Shown: piece by piece, positions 7,356 to 16,190 of the stretch | Layout: every line of letters begins with the position of its first letter | How positions within the stretch are numbered: position 1 is the stretch's first letter | Source of the DNA: an uncultured Erysipelotrichaceae bacterium | Lineage (GTDB): Bacteria; Bacillota_I; Bacilli_A; RFN20; CAG-826 | NCBI GenBank assembly: GCA_902803375.1 | Contig: CADCPN010000002.1 | Location: 111,755-175,754 of the forward strand | Length of the DNA: 64,000 nucleotides | Direction of reading: 5' to 3' | The notes under the pieces: generated by a model | Seen by the model: the letters and a program-made list of their open reading frames with translations, nothing else | Database searches by the model: none | What the model was told of the DNA's origin: nothing | Translations under genes and position numbers: made by a program

Positions 7356-8735
7356 TTAGTGTTTATCTGCTTTTTTCAGTGATAACGACACCACTGTCTC
7401 GACATGGGTCGTGTGCGGGAACATGTCGAATGGCTGAATCACTTCAACCTGATACATGCCGTTGATGTAGGCGACATCCCTAGCAAGGGTGCTGGGTTCG
7501 CAGCTGACATAGACGATGCGAGAGGGCTTTAGCTTTAGAACCGCGTTGAGGAATCTCTCATCGGAGCCTTTTCTAGGAGGGTCCATGAAGAGAACATCGA
7601 CGTGTTCCTTTCTAGAGGCCATATTGACCATGAAGGAGGATGCGTCATCGCAGTACATCTTGAAGTCCTCGATGTGGTTGCGCTCCGCGTTGCGGATACC
7701 ATCTTTGACAGCGGCTCCGACAAGCTCAACGGAGATGACGTTCTTAACGTCTTTGCAGGCGATAAGGCCGATAGTTCCGATGCCGGAATAAGCGTCGAAG
7801 GCCACGTCTTCTTTAGTAAGCTTTCCCGCTTCCATTGCGAAACGGTATAGCTTTTCGGTCATGACCGGATTGGTTTGGTAGAAGGATTTGGCAGAGATGC
7901 GGAAAGAAAGGCCGCAAAGGCTATCTTCGATGTATCCCTTCCCATAGAGAACATGCTCCTTCTCACCAAGAATGACGTTGGTGGCTCTGGAATTGATGTT
8001 CTGAACGACGGTGGTGATCTCCGGGCACTCTTTGACGAGAGCGTCGACGAAGTTGCCACGGCTGCGGAAGGAATCGACGGCAGTCACGAGGACGACCATG
8101 ATCTGGTCTTTGTAGTAGGAGGTGCGAATCAAGACGTGACGGAGTACGCCATATCTTTCGTCTTCGTTATACGGGTCGATGTGCATCGACTTCATGAGTT
8201 TCTTGCAGACGTTGAGAATCTTCTCGGCTCTCTCGTCTTCAATATGGCATTTGTCGACCGGAACGATGACATGGGTGTTCTGCTTATAGAAGCCACAGTA
8301 GACATTGCCCTTTCTATCTTTGGCGAAGGGCATTTGGATCTTGTTGCGGTAGTAATAGGGGTTGTCCATGCCGACGCAAGGCTGAACCTCAACATCCATA
8401 TGAGCGATCTTGCGGAACTGCTCTTTAACCTTATCGGTCTTCCACTTCAGCTGTGCCTCATAGGCATACTGCTGGAAGGTGCAGCCGCCGCAGGCGCTGC
8501 AGATCTTGCAGCGTGGATCGATGCGGTTGGGAGATTTTTTATCGAGGTGGCTGACTTTGCCGAAAAGCTGGCCGGCGCGACGATAGGTGATTTCGATATC
8601 GCCTTCTTCGCCGGGAAACATGCCGTCGACGAATATGACATCGGAGCCGTTTTTAACGACACCCTTGCCTTCGAAGGAGAGGTCCACGCATTTGCCATGG
8701 ACCACCGTAAGTGGAGCGACGCCAGTCTGTCTCAT
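7356..8735 (-). CDS. rlmCD: 23S rRNA (uracil-C5)-methyltransferase, RlmD/RlmCD (RumA) family
   Basis: N-terminal TRAM-like domain, Fe-S cysteine cluster CKICSACGGCTFQ, SAM motif DAYSGIGTIGL, DPPRKG motif, and catalytic Cys region VYVSCEP. Confidence 0.85.
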   Translation of the reverse strand: MRQTGVAPLTVVHGKCVDLSFEGKGVVKNGSDVIFVDGMFPGEEGDIEITYRRAGQLFGKVSHLDKKSPNRIDPRCKICSACGGCTFQQYAYEAQLKWKTDKVKEQFRKIAHMDVEVQPCVGMDNPYYYRNKIQMPFAKDRKGNVYCGFYKQNTHVIVPVDKCHIEDERAEKILNVCKKLMKSMHIDPYNEDERYGVLRHVLIRTSYYKDQIMVVLVTAVDSFRSRGNFVDALVKECPEITTVVQNINSRATNVILGEKEHVLYGKGYIEDSLCGLSFRISAKSFYQTNPVMTEKLYRFAMEAGKLTKEDVAFDAYSGIGTIGLIACKDVKNVISVELVGAAVKDGIRNAERNHIEDFKMYCDDASSFMVNMASRKEHVDVLFMDPPRKGSDERFLNAVLKLKPSRIVYVSCEPSTLARDVAYINGMYQVEVIQPFDMFPHTTHVETVVSLSLKKADKH

Positions 8736-10345
8736 TAGGCAGCCGCCTTTTCTTTCGGAGCAGCCATCATGTCCGCGATGTATTTGACTTCGGCTTCGAC
8801 ATCAAGGCGCGGGAAGAGCTGTTCGCCCTTGTTGACCTTAACGCCATCGAGGAGGTGGAGATCGTGGACGTTCTCATAGACGCGCTTATCTTCATCGACG
8901 CCAAGCTGATCAAAGATCTTGTCGCTCTTGGTGACGAGGATCGGCTTCATGAGCATGCCGACGACATAGAGGACGTGGGCAAGATGAGCCATGACGGACT
9001 TGAGGTTCTCGATCTTGGCAGGATCCTTGGCAAGAGCCCAAGGAGCGTTCTCTTCGATGTACTTGTTGGCACGGCCGGTGAGGTTCATGACTTCCTGATA
9101 GGCTTCGGTGACCTTGAGGTCATCGTTTAAAGCCTCATAGGCACGGATGGTCTTTTCGCAGAGGTCGGTGAGTTCCTTATCGGTCGGGTTGATTTCGCCA
9201 ACGTAATCCGGAGTGACGCCCCCGAAGTACTTATTGATCATGGAAACAGTGCGGTTGAGGAGGTTGCCGAGGTTATTGGCGAGATCCATGTTGATGCGGC
9301 CGACGAAGTCTTCCGGAGTGAAGACACCATCCTGTCCGAAGGTGATTTCGGAGGCGAGGTAGTATCTGACGGCATCGACGCCATAGCGCTCGATGAGCGG
9401 GTAGGCGGAGATGGCATTGCCGCGGGACTTGGACATCTTGCCGTCCTTCATCATCATGAGGCCATGGACGAAGATGCGGTTCGGCTTGCGAAGGCCGAGG
9501 GATTCGAGGAACATCGGCCAGTAGATGGTGTGGAAACGGGTAATATCGGCGCCGATGACGTGGACGATTTCGGTTTCCGGGTCATTCCAGAACTTCTGGA
9601 ATTTGGAATCGTCGGCCTGGTCATAGCCAAGGGCGGTGATGTAGTTGGTAAGGGCGTCTAGCCAAACGTAGACAACGTGTTTGGGGTCTTCTCTGACCTG
9701 GATGCCCCAGTCAAAGGAGGTACGGGAAACGCAAAGATCCTGAAGGCCCGGTTTGATGAAGGTGTTGATCATCTCGTTCTTGCGGGATTCAGGGGTGATG
9801 AAGGTCGGGTTCTCGTCGTAGAACTTCAAAAGGTCCTTAGTATATTTGCTGCAGCGATAGAAATAAGCCGGCTCGTCCTTCTTCTCGACCGGGCGGTGGC
9901 ATTCGGGGCAGAGGTGCTCTTCGCCGACCTGGGTCTCGGTCCAATAGGACTCTTCGTGGACGCAATACCAACCAGTGTAGCTGGATAGGTAGATGTCGCC
10001 TTTCTCGAGCATCTTGGAGAAGATCTTCTGAACGGTCTCAACGTGACGGGGCTGGGTGGTGCGGATGAAGTCATCATTGCTGATCTTCATGGCATTCCAT
10101 AGCGGCAGGAACTTGTTGTTGACGATGTTATCGACGAACTGCTGCGGGGTGACTCCGCAGGCAGCGGCGTTCTTCTGAATCTTTTCGCCGTGCTCATCGG
10201 TGCCGGTGAGGAAGTAGGTTTCGAAGCCCCTCATTCTCTTGCCGCGGGCGATGATGTCGCACATGGTAGTGCAATAAGCATGTCCAAGGTGCGGGGAAGC
10301 GGAAGGATAGTAAATTGGGGTAGTAATGTAGAATTTCTTTGCCAT
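8735..10345 (-). CDS. metG: methionine--tRNA ligase (short form without the C-terminal tRNA-binding domain)
   Basis: HIGH motif PHLGHAY and KMSKS motif. SD AGGAGA lies 7 nt upstream of the ATG. Confidence 0.95.
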   Translation of the reverse strand: MAKKFYITTPIYYPSASPHLGHAYCTTMCDIIARGKRMRGFETYFLTGTDEHGEKIQKNAAACGVTPQQFVDNIVNNKFLPLWNAMKISNDDFIRTTQPRHVETVQKIFSKMLEKGDIYLSSYTGWYCVHEESYWTETQVGEEHLCPECHRPVEKKDEPAYFYRCSKYTKDLLKFYDENPTFITPESRKNEMINTFIKPGLQDLCVSRTSFDWGIQVREDPKHVVYVWLDALTNYITALGYDQADDSKFQKFWNDPETEIVHVIGADITRFHTIYWPMFLESLGLRKPNRIFVHGLMMMKDGKMSKSRGNAISAYPLIERYGVDAVRYYLASEITFGQDGVFTPEDFVGRINMDLANNLGNLLNRTVSMINKYFGGVTPDYVGEINPTDKELTDLCEKTIRAYEALNDDLKVTEAYQEVMNLTGRANKYIEENAPWALAKDPAKIENLKSVMAHLAHVLYVVGMLMKPILVTKSDKIFDQLGVDEDKRVYENVHDLHLLDGVKVNKGEQLFPRLDVEAEVKYIADMMAAPKEKAAA

Positions 10346-10400
10346 GTTAATCTCCTAATGATGGAAGGCAATGGAAGGACAAAGCCCTTTTTGCGGGGGT

Positions 10401-10409
10401 ATTGTACCA
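10401..10409 (-). promoter_or_regulatory. extended -10 element (TGGTACAAT) upstream of metG
   Basis: The minus strand reads ...GAGAATGGTACAATACCCCCGCAAAAAGGGC..., about 55 nt upstream of the metG ATG. No good -35 was seen. Confidence 0.4.
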
Positions 10410-10511
10410 TTCTCCTCCTATAGAGGAGAGGGGAAATGGCGAGGGAGACGGCTAGAAGAACAAAAAAAGTCGCCCAAAGAGGACGGCTTTATATAAATCC
10501 AGCTACTAGAA

Positions 10512-10730
10512 TTACTTCTTGAGGTTTTCGACCTTAGCGAGCTTCTTGTTGAAGCGATCGATGCGGCCGTCGGCTTGGACGAAGCGCTGCTTACCAGTGT
10601 AGAACGGGTGGCAGTTGCTGCAGGTGTCGACCTTGATTTCATCAAGAACAGAGCCAGTCTCGAAGGTGGCGCCGCAGGTGGTGCAGGTGACAGTGCACTT
10701 GTGATAAGCCGGATGGATTCCGTTTTTCAT
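10512..10730 (-). CDS. rpmE: 50S ribosomal protein L31 (type A, Zn-ribbon cysteines present)
   Basis: [11 protein letters not shown]...CTTCG...[21 protein letters not shown] lies upstream. A candidate promoter TTGCTT-17-TATATT lies in 10780-10815. Confidence 0.95.
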   Translation of the reverse strand: MKNGIHPAYHKCTVTCTTCGATFETGSVLDEIKVDTCSNCHPFYTGKQRFVQADGRIDRFNKKLAKVENLKK

Positions 10731-10869
10731 GATCTTTTATCTCCTTTCGCCGTACGGCACGTATGAACCGCACAGAGAGCGGAATAAATATACCCAAGTT
10801 CACCTTGACAAGCAAGGTAAATTTTGACGTTGCTCAAGAAAGCAGGAAATATCGCTGTTTCTTGGGGGA

Positions 10870-11460
10870 TTACAAAGTAATAATATCGCCGGGACGCACC
10901 AGCATCGCGCCAGCATAAGTGACCTTCATATCCTGCTGGATATCAAAGAGCATGCCCGGTTTCATGTGATAGGGGATCAAGTGGGCCGGTTTGATGATCT
11001 CGGCGCAGCGAGAAGCCTCTTTCGGATCCATGTTGTAGATGCCGTCGATCGGGAGGAAGGCATAGTCGATATTCATCTGCCCAAGTTCCTTCATATAGGG
11101 GACATAGCTAGTATCGCCGGCGATGTAGATTTTCTTGCCTTCAAGCTCAAGCAAATAACCCACGCATTCGTTGACGGGGTGATTCTGATTGCAGGCCGGA
11201 GTGGCGGAGATCTTCACGCCGTAATACTCAAAGTCCACGTACACGCCAGCGATAAGGGCGTCTTTGCTGCGAATGATGATGGTTCTTTCGCTTAGAGGGA
11301 CGAGGTTAATGGCGTTGTGGTCATAATGCTCATGGGTGATCAAGACCACATCGGCGGTCTTGTCGTATCCCTCACCTGCAAACGGGTCGATATAGAAGAT
11401 CTTTCCTTCTTTCGTCTCCAATCGAAGCGATGCATGTCCCTGGTAAAGCAATTTAGCCAT
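10870..11460 (-). CDS. metallo-beta-lactamase-fold hydrolase (UPF0173/YtkL-like)
   Basis: Contains a THEHYDH motif. The overall sequence resembles the B. subtilis YtkL family, judged from memory. Confidence 0.7.
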   Translation of the reverse strand: MAKLLYQGHASLRLETKEGKIFYIDPFAGEGYDKTADVVLITHEHYDHNAINLVPLSERTIIIRSKDALIAGVYVDFEYYGVKISATPACNQNHPVNECVGYLLELEGKKIYIAGDTSYVPYMKELGQMNIDYAFLPIDGIYNMDPKEASRCAEIIKPAHLIPYHMKPGMLFDIQQDMKVTYAGAMLVRPGDIITL

Positions 11461-12136
11461 TGTCTTTTTCCTTCCCGGAGTAAGAATTCCGATAATCCTC
11501 GCTCCAATACTTTTCAGGTAAGTATAAAACCTCTTTCGAGGATTTTTTATCTGCCAAAAGAAGATTTAGCCCAAGATGAAAATGAGGGTTTGCGCCAGTT
11601 CTCACCGTCACCATTGAAAGAAAAATAAGAGACCCATGCGTTAATTCTTGCGGCAATTCCACGTATTTCGGCTCACCCCAATCATCCTTGGTCGCGTAGT
11701 AGAGCTTATCCTTTTTCCGCTTTGTCTGCCTTTCGCAATATGCGAGAAGCTCCTTGGCAGCACCCGCTAATAGAAGCGGGTTTTCATCGAACTTAGAGGA
11801 TGGCGAAAACAGAACCCAAGTCGGATAGGAGAATTCCCTGTCGCCTTCCGCCTCATAGCCGCGGAAGGCGTAGCCATACACCACATCGGCGTTATCAATA
11901 AGCTTTTCACGGTGGTAATAAGCAGAGGAAAACATTCCTAAAAGTTTACCTTTCATACTGTCTTTCCCCGCCAGAAAAGCGCGGTCAGATTTATCGAACG
12001 CATCCCTCTTCTTCGCGAATTCGGAGCGAATATTGGCGATTTGTAATGAATAATCCACGATTTCTATTGTACTAAATTCGCTAAGTCTTAAGATAGCAAC
12101 GCACTTCACATAGTGAAGAAACATATAAGGAGACAC
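11453..12136 (-). CDS. hypothetical protein, family not recognised, start uncertain
   Basis: 227-codon ORF that overlaps the downstream MBL gene by 8 nt. The listed ATG is only 2 bp from the divergent tldD ATG, so an internal start such as the ATG at about 11956 (MKGKLLGMF...) is more likely. Confidence 0.4.
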   Translation of the reverse strand: MSPYMFLHYVKCVAILRLSEFSTIEIVDYSLQIANIRSEFAKKRDAFDKSDRAFLAGKDSMKGKLLGMFSSAYYHREKLIDNADVVYGYAFRGYEAEGDREFSYPTWVLFSPSSKFDENPLLLAGAAKELLAYCERQTKRKKDKLYYATKDDWGEPKYVELPQELTHGSLIFLSMVTVRTGANPHFHLGLNLLLADKKSSKEVLYLPEKYWSEDYRNSYSGKEKDNG

Positions 12137-12138
12137 GA

Positions 12139-13548
12139 ATGATTTCTAAATCGCTCGCCCAGAAAGTTCTCAACGCCGCTCTCGCCACTGGCGGAGACTA
12201 CGCTGAGATCTATGCTGAGCAAAAAGAATCCAGCAGTATCGTGCTCGAAAACGGAAAAGTCGATTCTGTCGGCGGCCACCTCACCTATGGTGCAGGCATC
12301 CGCATCCTCCAGGGACTCCGCTCCGTTTACGGCTATACCTCTGACCTATCTGAAAAAAGCCTGTTGAGCCTAGCGACCAAGCTAGCTGCCAGCTACGAAG
12401 GAGAGAGACTCTTCACCGTCACCTCCATCAAGAAGCAACGCGTTAAGGTCATCAACAAGATTGAAGACTCCCTCATGGATGTCCCGACCGAAGAGAAGAT
12501 TTCCTATCTAAAGGAATGCTATGAGGCCACCAAGTCCGTCGATGAGAGACTTGTCCGCATCCAGGACGCCTTCTCCAACTATCGCACCACCATCGAGATT
12601 TTCTCCGCCGAGGGCGAAGAAGGAAAACAGTTTGAGAACTGTGAAGAAAGAGGGCGTCTCGTCATGGTTGCCTTCGCCGCGGGTGAAGGCAATCAGATCG
12701 AGACCGCTTTCAAAGGTCCGGGCCGTTACGATGGCTGGAACTATTTCACCAAGGTTCTCGATTACAAAGACAAAGCAAAGCAGGTTGGCGAAAAAGCCAT
12801 CATGATGCTCAGCGCCAAAGAATGCCCGTCTGGCAATTACAGCGTCGTCATCGCCAACGGCTGGGGCGGCGTCTTGTTCCACGAAGCGTGCGGTCACTCC
12901 CTAGAGGCCACCGCCACCGCAAAAGGCCTATCCGTCTTCTCCGATTCCATCGGTAAGCAGATCGCCTCTCCGATCGTTTCCGCCTTCGACGATGGCACCA
13001 TCGCCAATGAATGGGGCAGCAATAATATCGATTCCGAAGGACACGTCACTCAGAAGAACCAGCTCATAAAAGATGGTATCTGCGTTGGCTTCCTCGTCGA
13101 TAAGGCCAACGGCCGTCGCCTCAACATGGAGGCAAACGGCTGCAGCAGAAGACAGAGCTATCGCTACGCTCCGACTTCCCGCATGAGCAACACCTATATC
13201 GCCGCGGGCAAAGATGACCCTGAGCAGATCATCAAAGACACCAAGCTAGGCATCTACGTTGCTGACTTTGGCGGCGGCTCCGTTGAGCCGACCACCGGCG
13301 AATTCAACTTCTCCGCCAGCGAGGCCTACATCATCCGCGATGGCAAGATTTGCGAACCGGTTAAGGGTTGCACCCTCATCGGCTCCGGCAAAGAAGTCCT
13401 TATGAACATCGACCGCGTCGGCAACGACGTGGCCCTTGGCCAAGGTATGTGCGGATCCCTGTCCGGCAGCATCCCCGTTAACGTTGGCCAGCCGACCTTG
13501 CGCATCAGCCGCATCACCGTCGGCGGCAGAGGAGGAAAGCTAGAATGA
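12139..13548 (+). CDS. tldD: TldD-family metalloprotease (peptidase U62)
   Basis: HEACGH motif, SD AAGGAG 7 nt upstream, and a 4-nt overlap with the following pmbA-like gene. Confidence 0.85.
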   Translation: MISKSLAQKVLNAALATGGDYAEIYAEQKESSSIVLENGKVDSVGGHLTYGAGIRILQGLRSVYGYTSDLSEKSLLSLATKLAASYEGERLFTVTSIKKQRVKVINKIEDSLMDVPTEEKISYLKECYEATKSVDERLVRIQDAFSNYRTTIEIFSAEGEEGKQFENCEERGRLVMVAFAAGEGNQIETAFKGPGRYDGWNYFTKVLDYKDKAKQVGEKAIMMLSAKECPSGNYSVVIANGWGGVLFHEACGHSLEATATAKGLSVFSDSIGKQIASPIVSAFDDGTIANEWGSNNIDSEGHVTQKNQLIKDGICVGFLVDKANGRRLNMEANGCSRRQSYRYAPTSRMSNTYIAAGKDDPEQIIKDTKLGIYVADFGGGSVEPTTGEFNFSASEAYIIRDGKICEPVKGCTLIGSGKEVLMNIDRVGNDVALGQGMCGSLSGSIPVNVGQPTLRISRITVGGRGGKLE

Positions 13549-14864
13549 ACTTCGACAAATTCTTTGCCTTAGCAAAAGAAAAGGGCATTACCGAAGCCCA
13601 GATCCAGGTCTCTAAGAGCACCGCGACCAGCGTCAAACTCTTCAAGCACGAGATCGATTCCTATTCCGTCAATGACTCGCAAGCCATCATCGCCTGCGGT
13701 ATCTATAATGGTAAATTCGGCAGTGGAACCACCCAGAAGTTCGGCAAAGACTCCTTCGAATTCCTCGTCAACCAGATTATCATGACCGCTACCTACAGCG
13801 AGAAGATGAATGATATTGGCCTTTTCAAAGGCAGTGAGAAATACACCAAGAAAAACGTCTTCTCCAAAGAGCTTGAAGAGACCCCGATGGCCAAGAAGCT
13901 TGAGGTCCTTCGTTCCATCGAAGACGGCATCTATGCCTTCGATGGCAGATTCACCGAAGCGGAAGTCAGCTATTCCGAGCGTTCCTCCAGCAGCGAGTTC
14001 TATAACTCCTATGACCTAAAGCTTAAGCAGAAGAGCAACTACTTCTATGTCTACGCTGGCGCAGTCGCCAGAGTCGGCGAAGAGACCAAGACCTTCGGAG
14101 ACGTATTCCTCGATAACACCTTCTCCAAATTCAATAAAGACGCCTTCGTCAAAGGCATCTGCGAGAAGACACTCAGCAAATTCGGTGGCGCCCCCTGCGT
14201 CTCCGGCAAGTATCCGACCGTCCTCAGCCGCGATATCGCCGCTGACCTCGTCGCCTGCTTCCTAAGCTCCGCGGTCGCTGACGAAGTTCAGCGTCACTCC
14301 TCCTTCCTTGAAGGAAAACTTGAGCAGAAGATCGCCTCTAGCAAAGTCACCATCGAAGAGAAGCCGCTCACCAAGAACGTCTTCTTCTCATATTTCGATG
14401 ATGAGGGCGTTGCCACCCAGAACAAAGTCATCGTCAAAAATGGCGTCCTCAAGCAGTTCTTCTACAATAGAGAGACCGCGAAGAAGGACGGCGTGGAGAC
14501 CACCGGCAATGCTTCTTGGGAAGGCTCCAAGATCGGAACCGATTTTGGCAACATCTTCGTTAAGCCGGGCAAGCAGAGCTTCGATGAGATGATCTCCTCC
14601 ATCAAAGAAGGCGTCTACATCACCGAGATTGCTGGCCTAGGCACCGGCATGAACAGCAACTCAGGCGATTTCTCCTGCCAGGCGGAAGGCTACATGATCC
14701 GCGATGGCAAACTCGCGGAGCCGCTTAATCTCATAACCTTATCCGGAAACCTTTTGAAGATGTTCTCCGACGTCAAGGCATTCGATAACAACGTCGCCAT
14801 GACCAGCGACGCCATCTCCATCGCTGACGTCTACATCAAAAAGATGTCCATCGGCGGAAAATAA
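13545..14864 (+). CDS. pmbA: PmbA/TldE-family protein (peptidase U62 partner)
   Basis: Paralogous to the preceding ORF but lacks the HExxxH motif. This is the typical TldD/TldE gene pair. Confidence 0.8.
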   Translation: MNFDKFFALAKEKGITEAQIQVSKSTATSVKLFKHEIDSYSVNDSQAIIACGIYNGKFGSGTTQKFGKDSFEFLVNQIIMTATYSEKMNDIGLFKGSEKYTKKNVFSKELEETPMAKKLEVLRSIEDGIYAFDGRFTEAEVSYSERSSSSEFYNSYDLKLKQKSNYFYVYAGAVARVGEETKTFGDVFLDNTFSKFNKDAFVKGICEKTLSKFGGAPCVSGKYPTVLSRDIAADLVACFLSSAVADEVQRHSSFLEGKLEQKIASSKVTIEEKPLTKNVFFSYFDDEGVATQNKVIVKNGVLKQFFYNRETAKKDGVETTGNASWEGSKIGTDFGNIFVKPGKQSFDEMISSIKEGVYITEIAGLGTGMNSNSGDFSCQAEGYMIRDGKLAEPLNLITLSGNLLKMFSDVKAFDNNVAMTSDAISIADVYIKKMSIGGK

Positions 14865-14888
14865 GAGAAAACGGTATCGCTTTTCAAG

Positions 14889-14922
14889 GCTTGCTTAGAG
14901 TAATCTAGGCAAGCTTTTCTTT
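14889..14922 (+). terminator. rho-independent terminator after pmbA
   Basis: 11-bp stem GCTTGCTTAGA / TCTAGGCAAGC (one G-U pair), loop GTAA, then TTTTCTTT. Confidence 0.75.
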
Positions 14923-14931
14923 GGCTTTCCC

Positions 14932-14958
14932 AAAACAAAAGCCCCTATTGCTAGGGGC
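14932..14958 (-). terminator. rho-independent terminator after the 14976-16175 gene
   Basis: The minus strand reads GCCCCTAGCAATAGGGGC followed by TTTTGTTTT. Confidence 0.7.
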
Positions 14959-14975
14959 GAGGTTCAGTCAGGATT

Positions 14976-16175
14976 TTACTTCTTTTCTCCGTCTTTGTGG
15001 GAACCCATCTCTCCATCGACTTTCTGGTTCCAAGAAAGCGGATAGAGGTTCCAGCCAGGATGGGCTTTGGAAACAAGAGCCACGTCCTCTTCCACGAGTT
15101 TCTTTTCTTCTTCGACGGCGAACTTCTCGGCAGACTTGATGGCCTTGTCGACTTTGTCAATGGCGTAGTTGGCTTCGGATTCGCTTTCTTCGACCAATCC
15201 AGAGATTAGCAAGTAGCAGCGGACGGAAGGAATGGTGGAAAGGGTACCAATGTACTTTTTGGTCTCGTCATCGAGATCGTTATAGAGGGCTTTGCCTTCG
15301 TTGATGGTCTCTACCCTGCCTAGAAGCAAGGAAAGCTTCATGGCGCGAGCATCGCGAATCAGGGACTGGGAGAGGCCCTTCTCGGTGGAAATGCTGAGGT
15401 CGAGGATGCGGATGGCTTCGCGATAGTTCCCTTTCTTGATCGCGTTATAGACGGAAACAAGATTAAGACGATAGGTGAAGTCAGTAACTTCTTCGTAGAC
15501 AGGGACCTCGGGAAGTTCAGTGCCGTTTTCGGCAGCCTCTTCCGCGAGGAGCATATTGTTATAAGCGATGCGGTTAACGTTCTTGCCGGTAATCATCATG
15601 AGGCAGCCGTCGGTAACGGAATCCAAGGTGGCTGGGAAATAGTCGTAGAGGAAAATCATGCCGCCGACGCCGATGACGATGATGCCGACAATCTGCATCC
15701 AGGCAAAAGACTTATCAGTGGAGATGATGAGGGACTGTCCAACGGAAATGAGGACAACCATGGCGACGACTTCGACGAGCAAGAAGAGCAACGGGAAGCC
15801 AATGACGCCGGTAAGGGAGGAAGTCTCGACGTCTTTTGGAGCAAGCTTGGTCTCGCCGGTCAAACCGTCGAAGGCATGAAGGCCGAACTTCTTCTTTCCG
15901 TTCTTGGTTTTGGTGCCGATGCCAAGAATGATGCAGGAGCGGACTCTATATTTGCCGACCTTGGCCCCGAGAAGGTGGCCAAGTTCAAGGATGACGGCGT
16001 TGAGGATGACCGCGCCGACGATCGAAAGCAAAACCAAAACGACGAACGGCATTCTGGAATTGATGGCGTTGCCGTAGTCCATAAGAATTGGCCTTACCCA
16101 GACCAAACCGACCAATAGAGCCAGTCCCATCATCGCTAAATAGACGAGGAAAATGGCAAAATCGTTTTTCTTCAT
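14976..16175 (-). CDS. polytopic membrane protein with a zincin/M50-like segment that lacks the first His, plus a helical-repeat C-terminal domain
   Basis: Has several hydrophobic segments. LELGH sits where HExxH would be (AVILELGHLLGAKVG), with a later FPATLDSVTDG segment. The C-terminal approximately 180 aa are soluble and helix-rich. Confidence 0.5.
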   Translation of the reverse strand: MKKNDFAIFLVYLAMMGLALLVGLVWVRPILMDYGNAINSRMPFVVLVLLSIVGAVILNAVILELGHLLGAKVGKYRVRSCIILGIGTKTKNGKKKFGLHAFDGLTGETKLAPKDVETSSLTGVIGFPLLFLLVEVVAMVVLISVGQSLIISTDKSFAWMQIVGIIVIGVGGMIFLYDYFPATLDSVTDGCLMMITGKNVNRIAYNNMLLAEEAAENGTELPEVPVYEEVTDFTYRLNLVSVYNAIKKGNYREAIRILDLSISTEKGLSQSLIRDARAMKLSLLLGRVETINEGKALYNDLDDETKKYIGTLSTIPSVRCYLLISGLVEESESEANYAIDKVDKAIKSAEKFAVEEEKKLVEEDVALVSKAHPGWNLYPLSWNQKVDGEMGSHKDGEKK

Positions 16176-16190
16176 AAAGGAAAAACCCTC

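Noticed and set aside
10346-10511. A T-box riboswitch leader upstream of metG.
   Set aside because: The spacer is only about 165 nt including the rpmE terminator. It lacks the T-box consensus (AANNNGGGTGGNACCGCG) and the specifier-loop architecture. Only a superficial GGTAC similarity is present.
10731-10869. The hairpin CAAGAAACAG…CTGCTTTCTTG downstream of the MBL gene as an intrinsic terminator.
   Set aside because: The stem is imperfect with a bulge and no T-run follows on the minus strand, so I did not list it as a feature.
12139-14864. tldD/pmbA together with the neighbouring MBL gene and unknown ORF as a RiPP (microcin B17-like) maturation cluster.
   Set aside because: No small precursor-peptide ORF, cyclodehydratase, dehydrogenase or export/immunity genes are adjacent. 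TldD/TldE pairs are common housekeeping genes.
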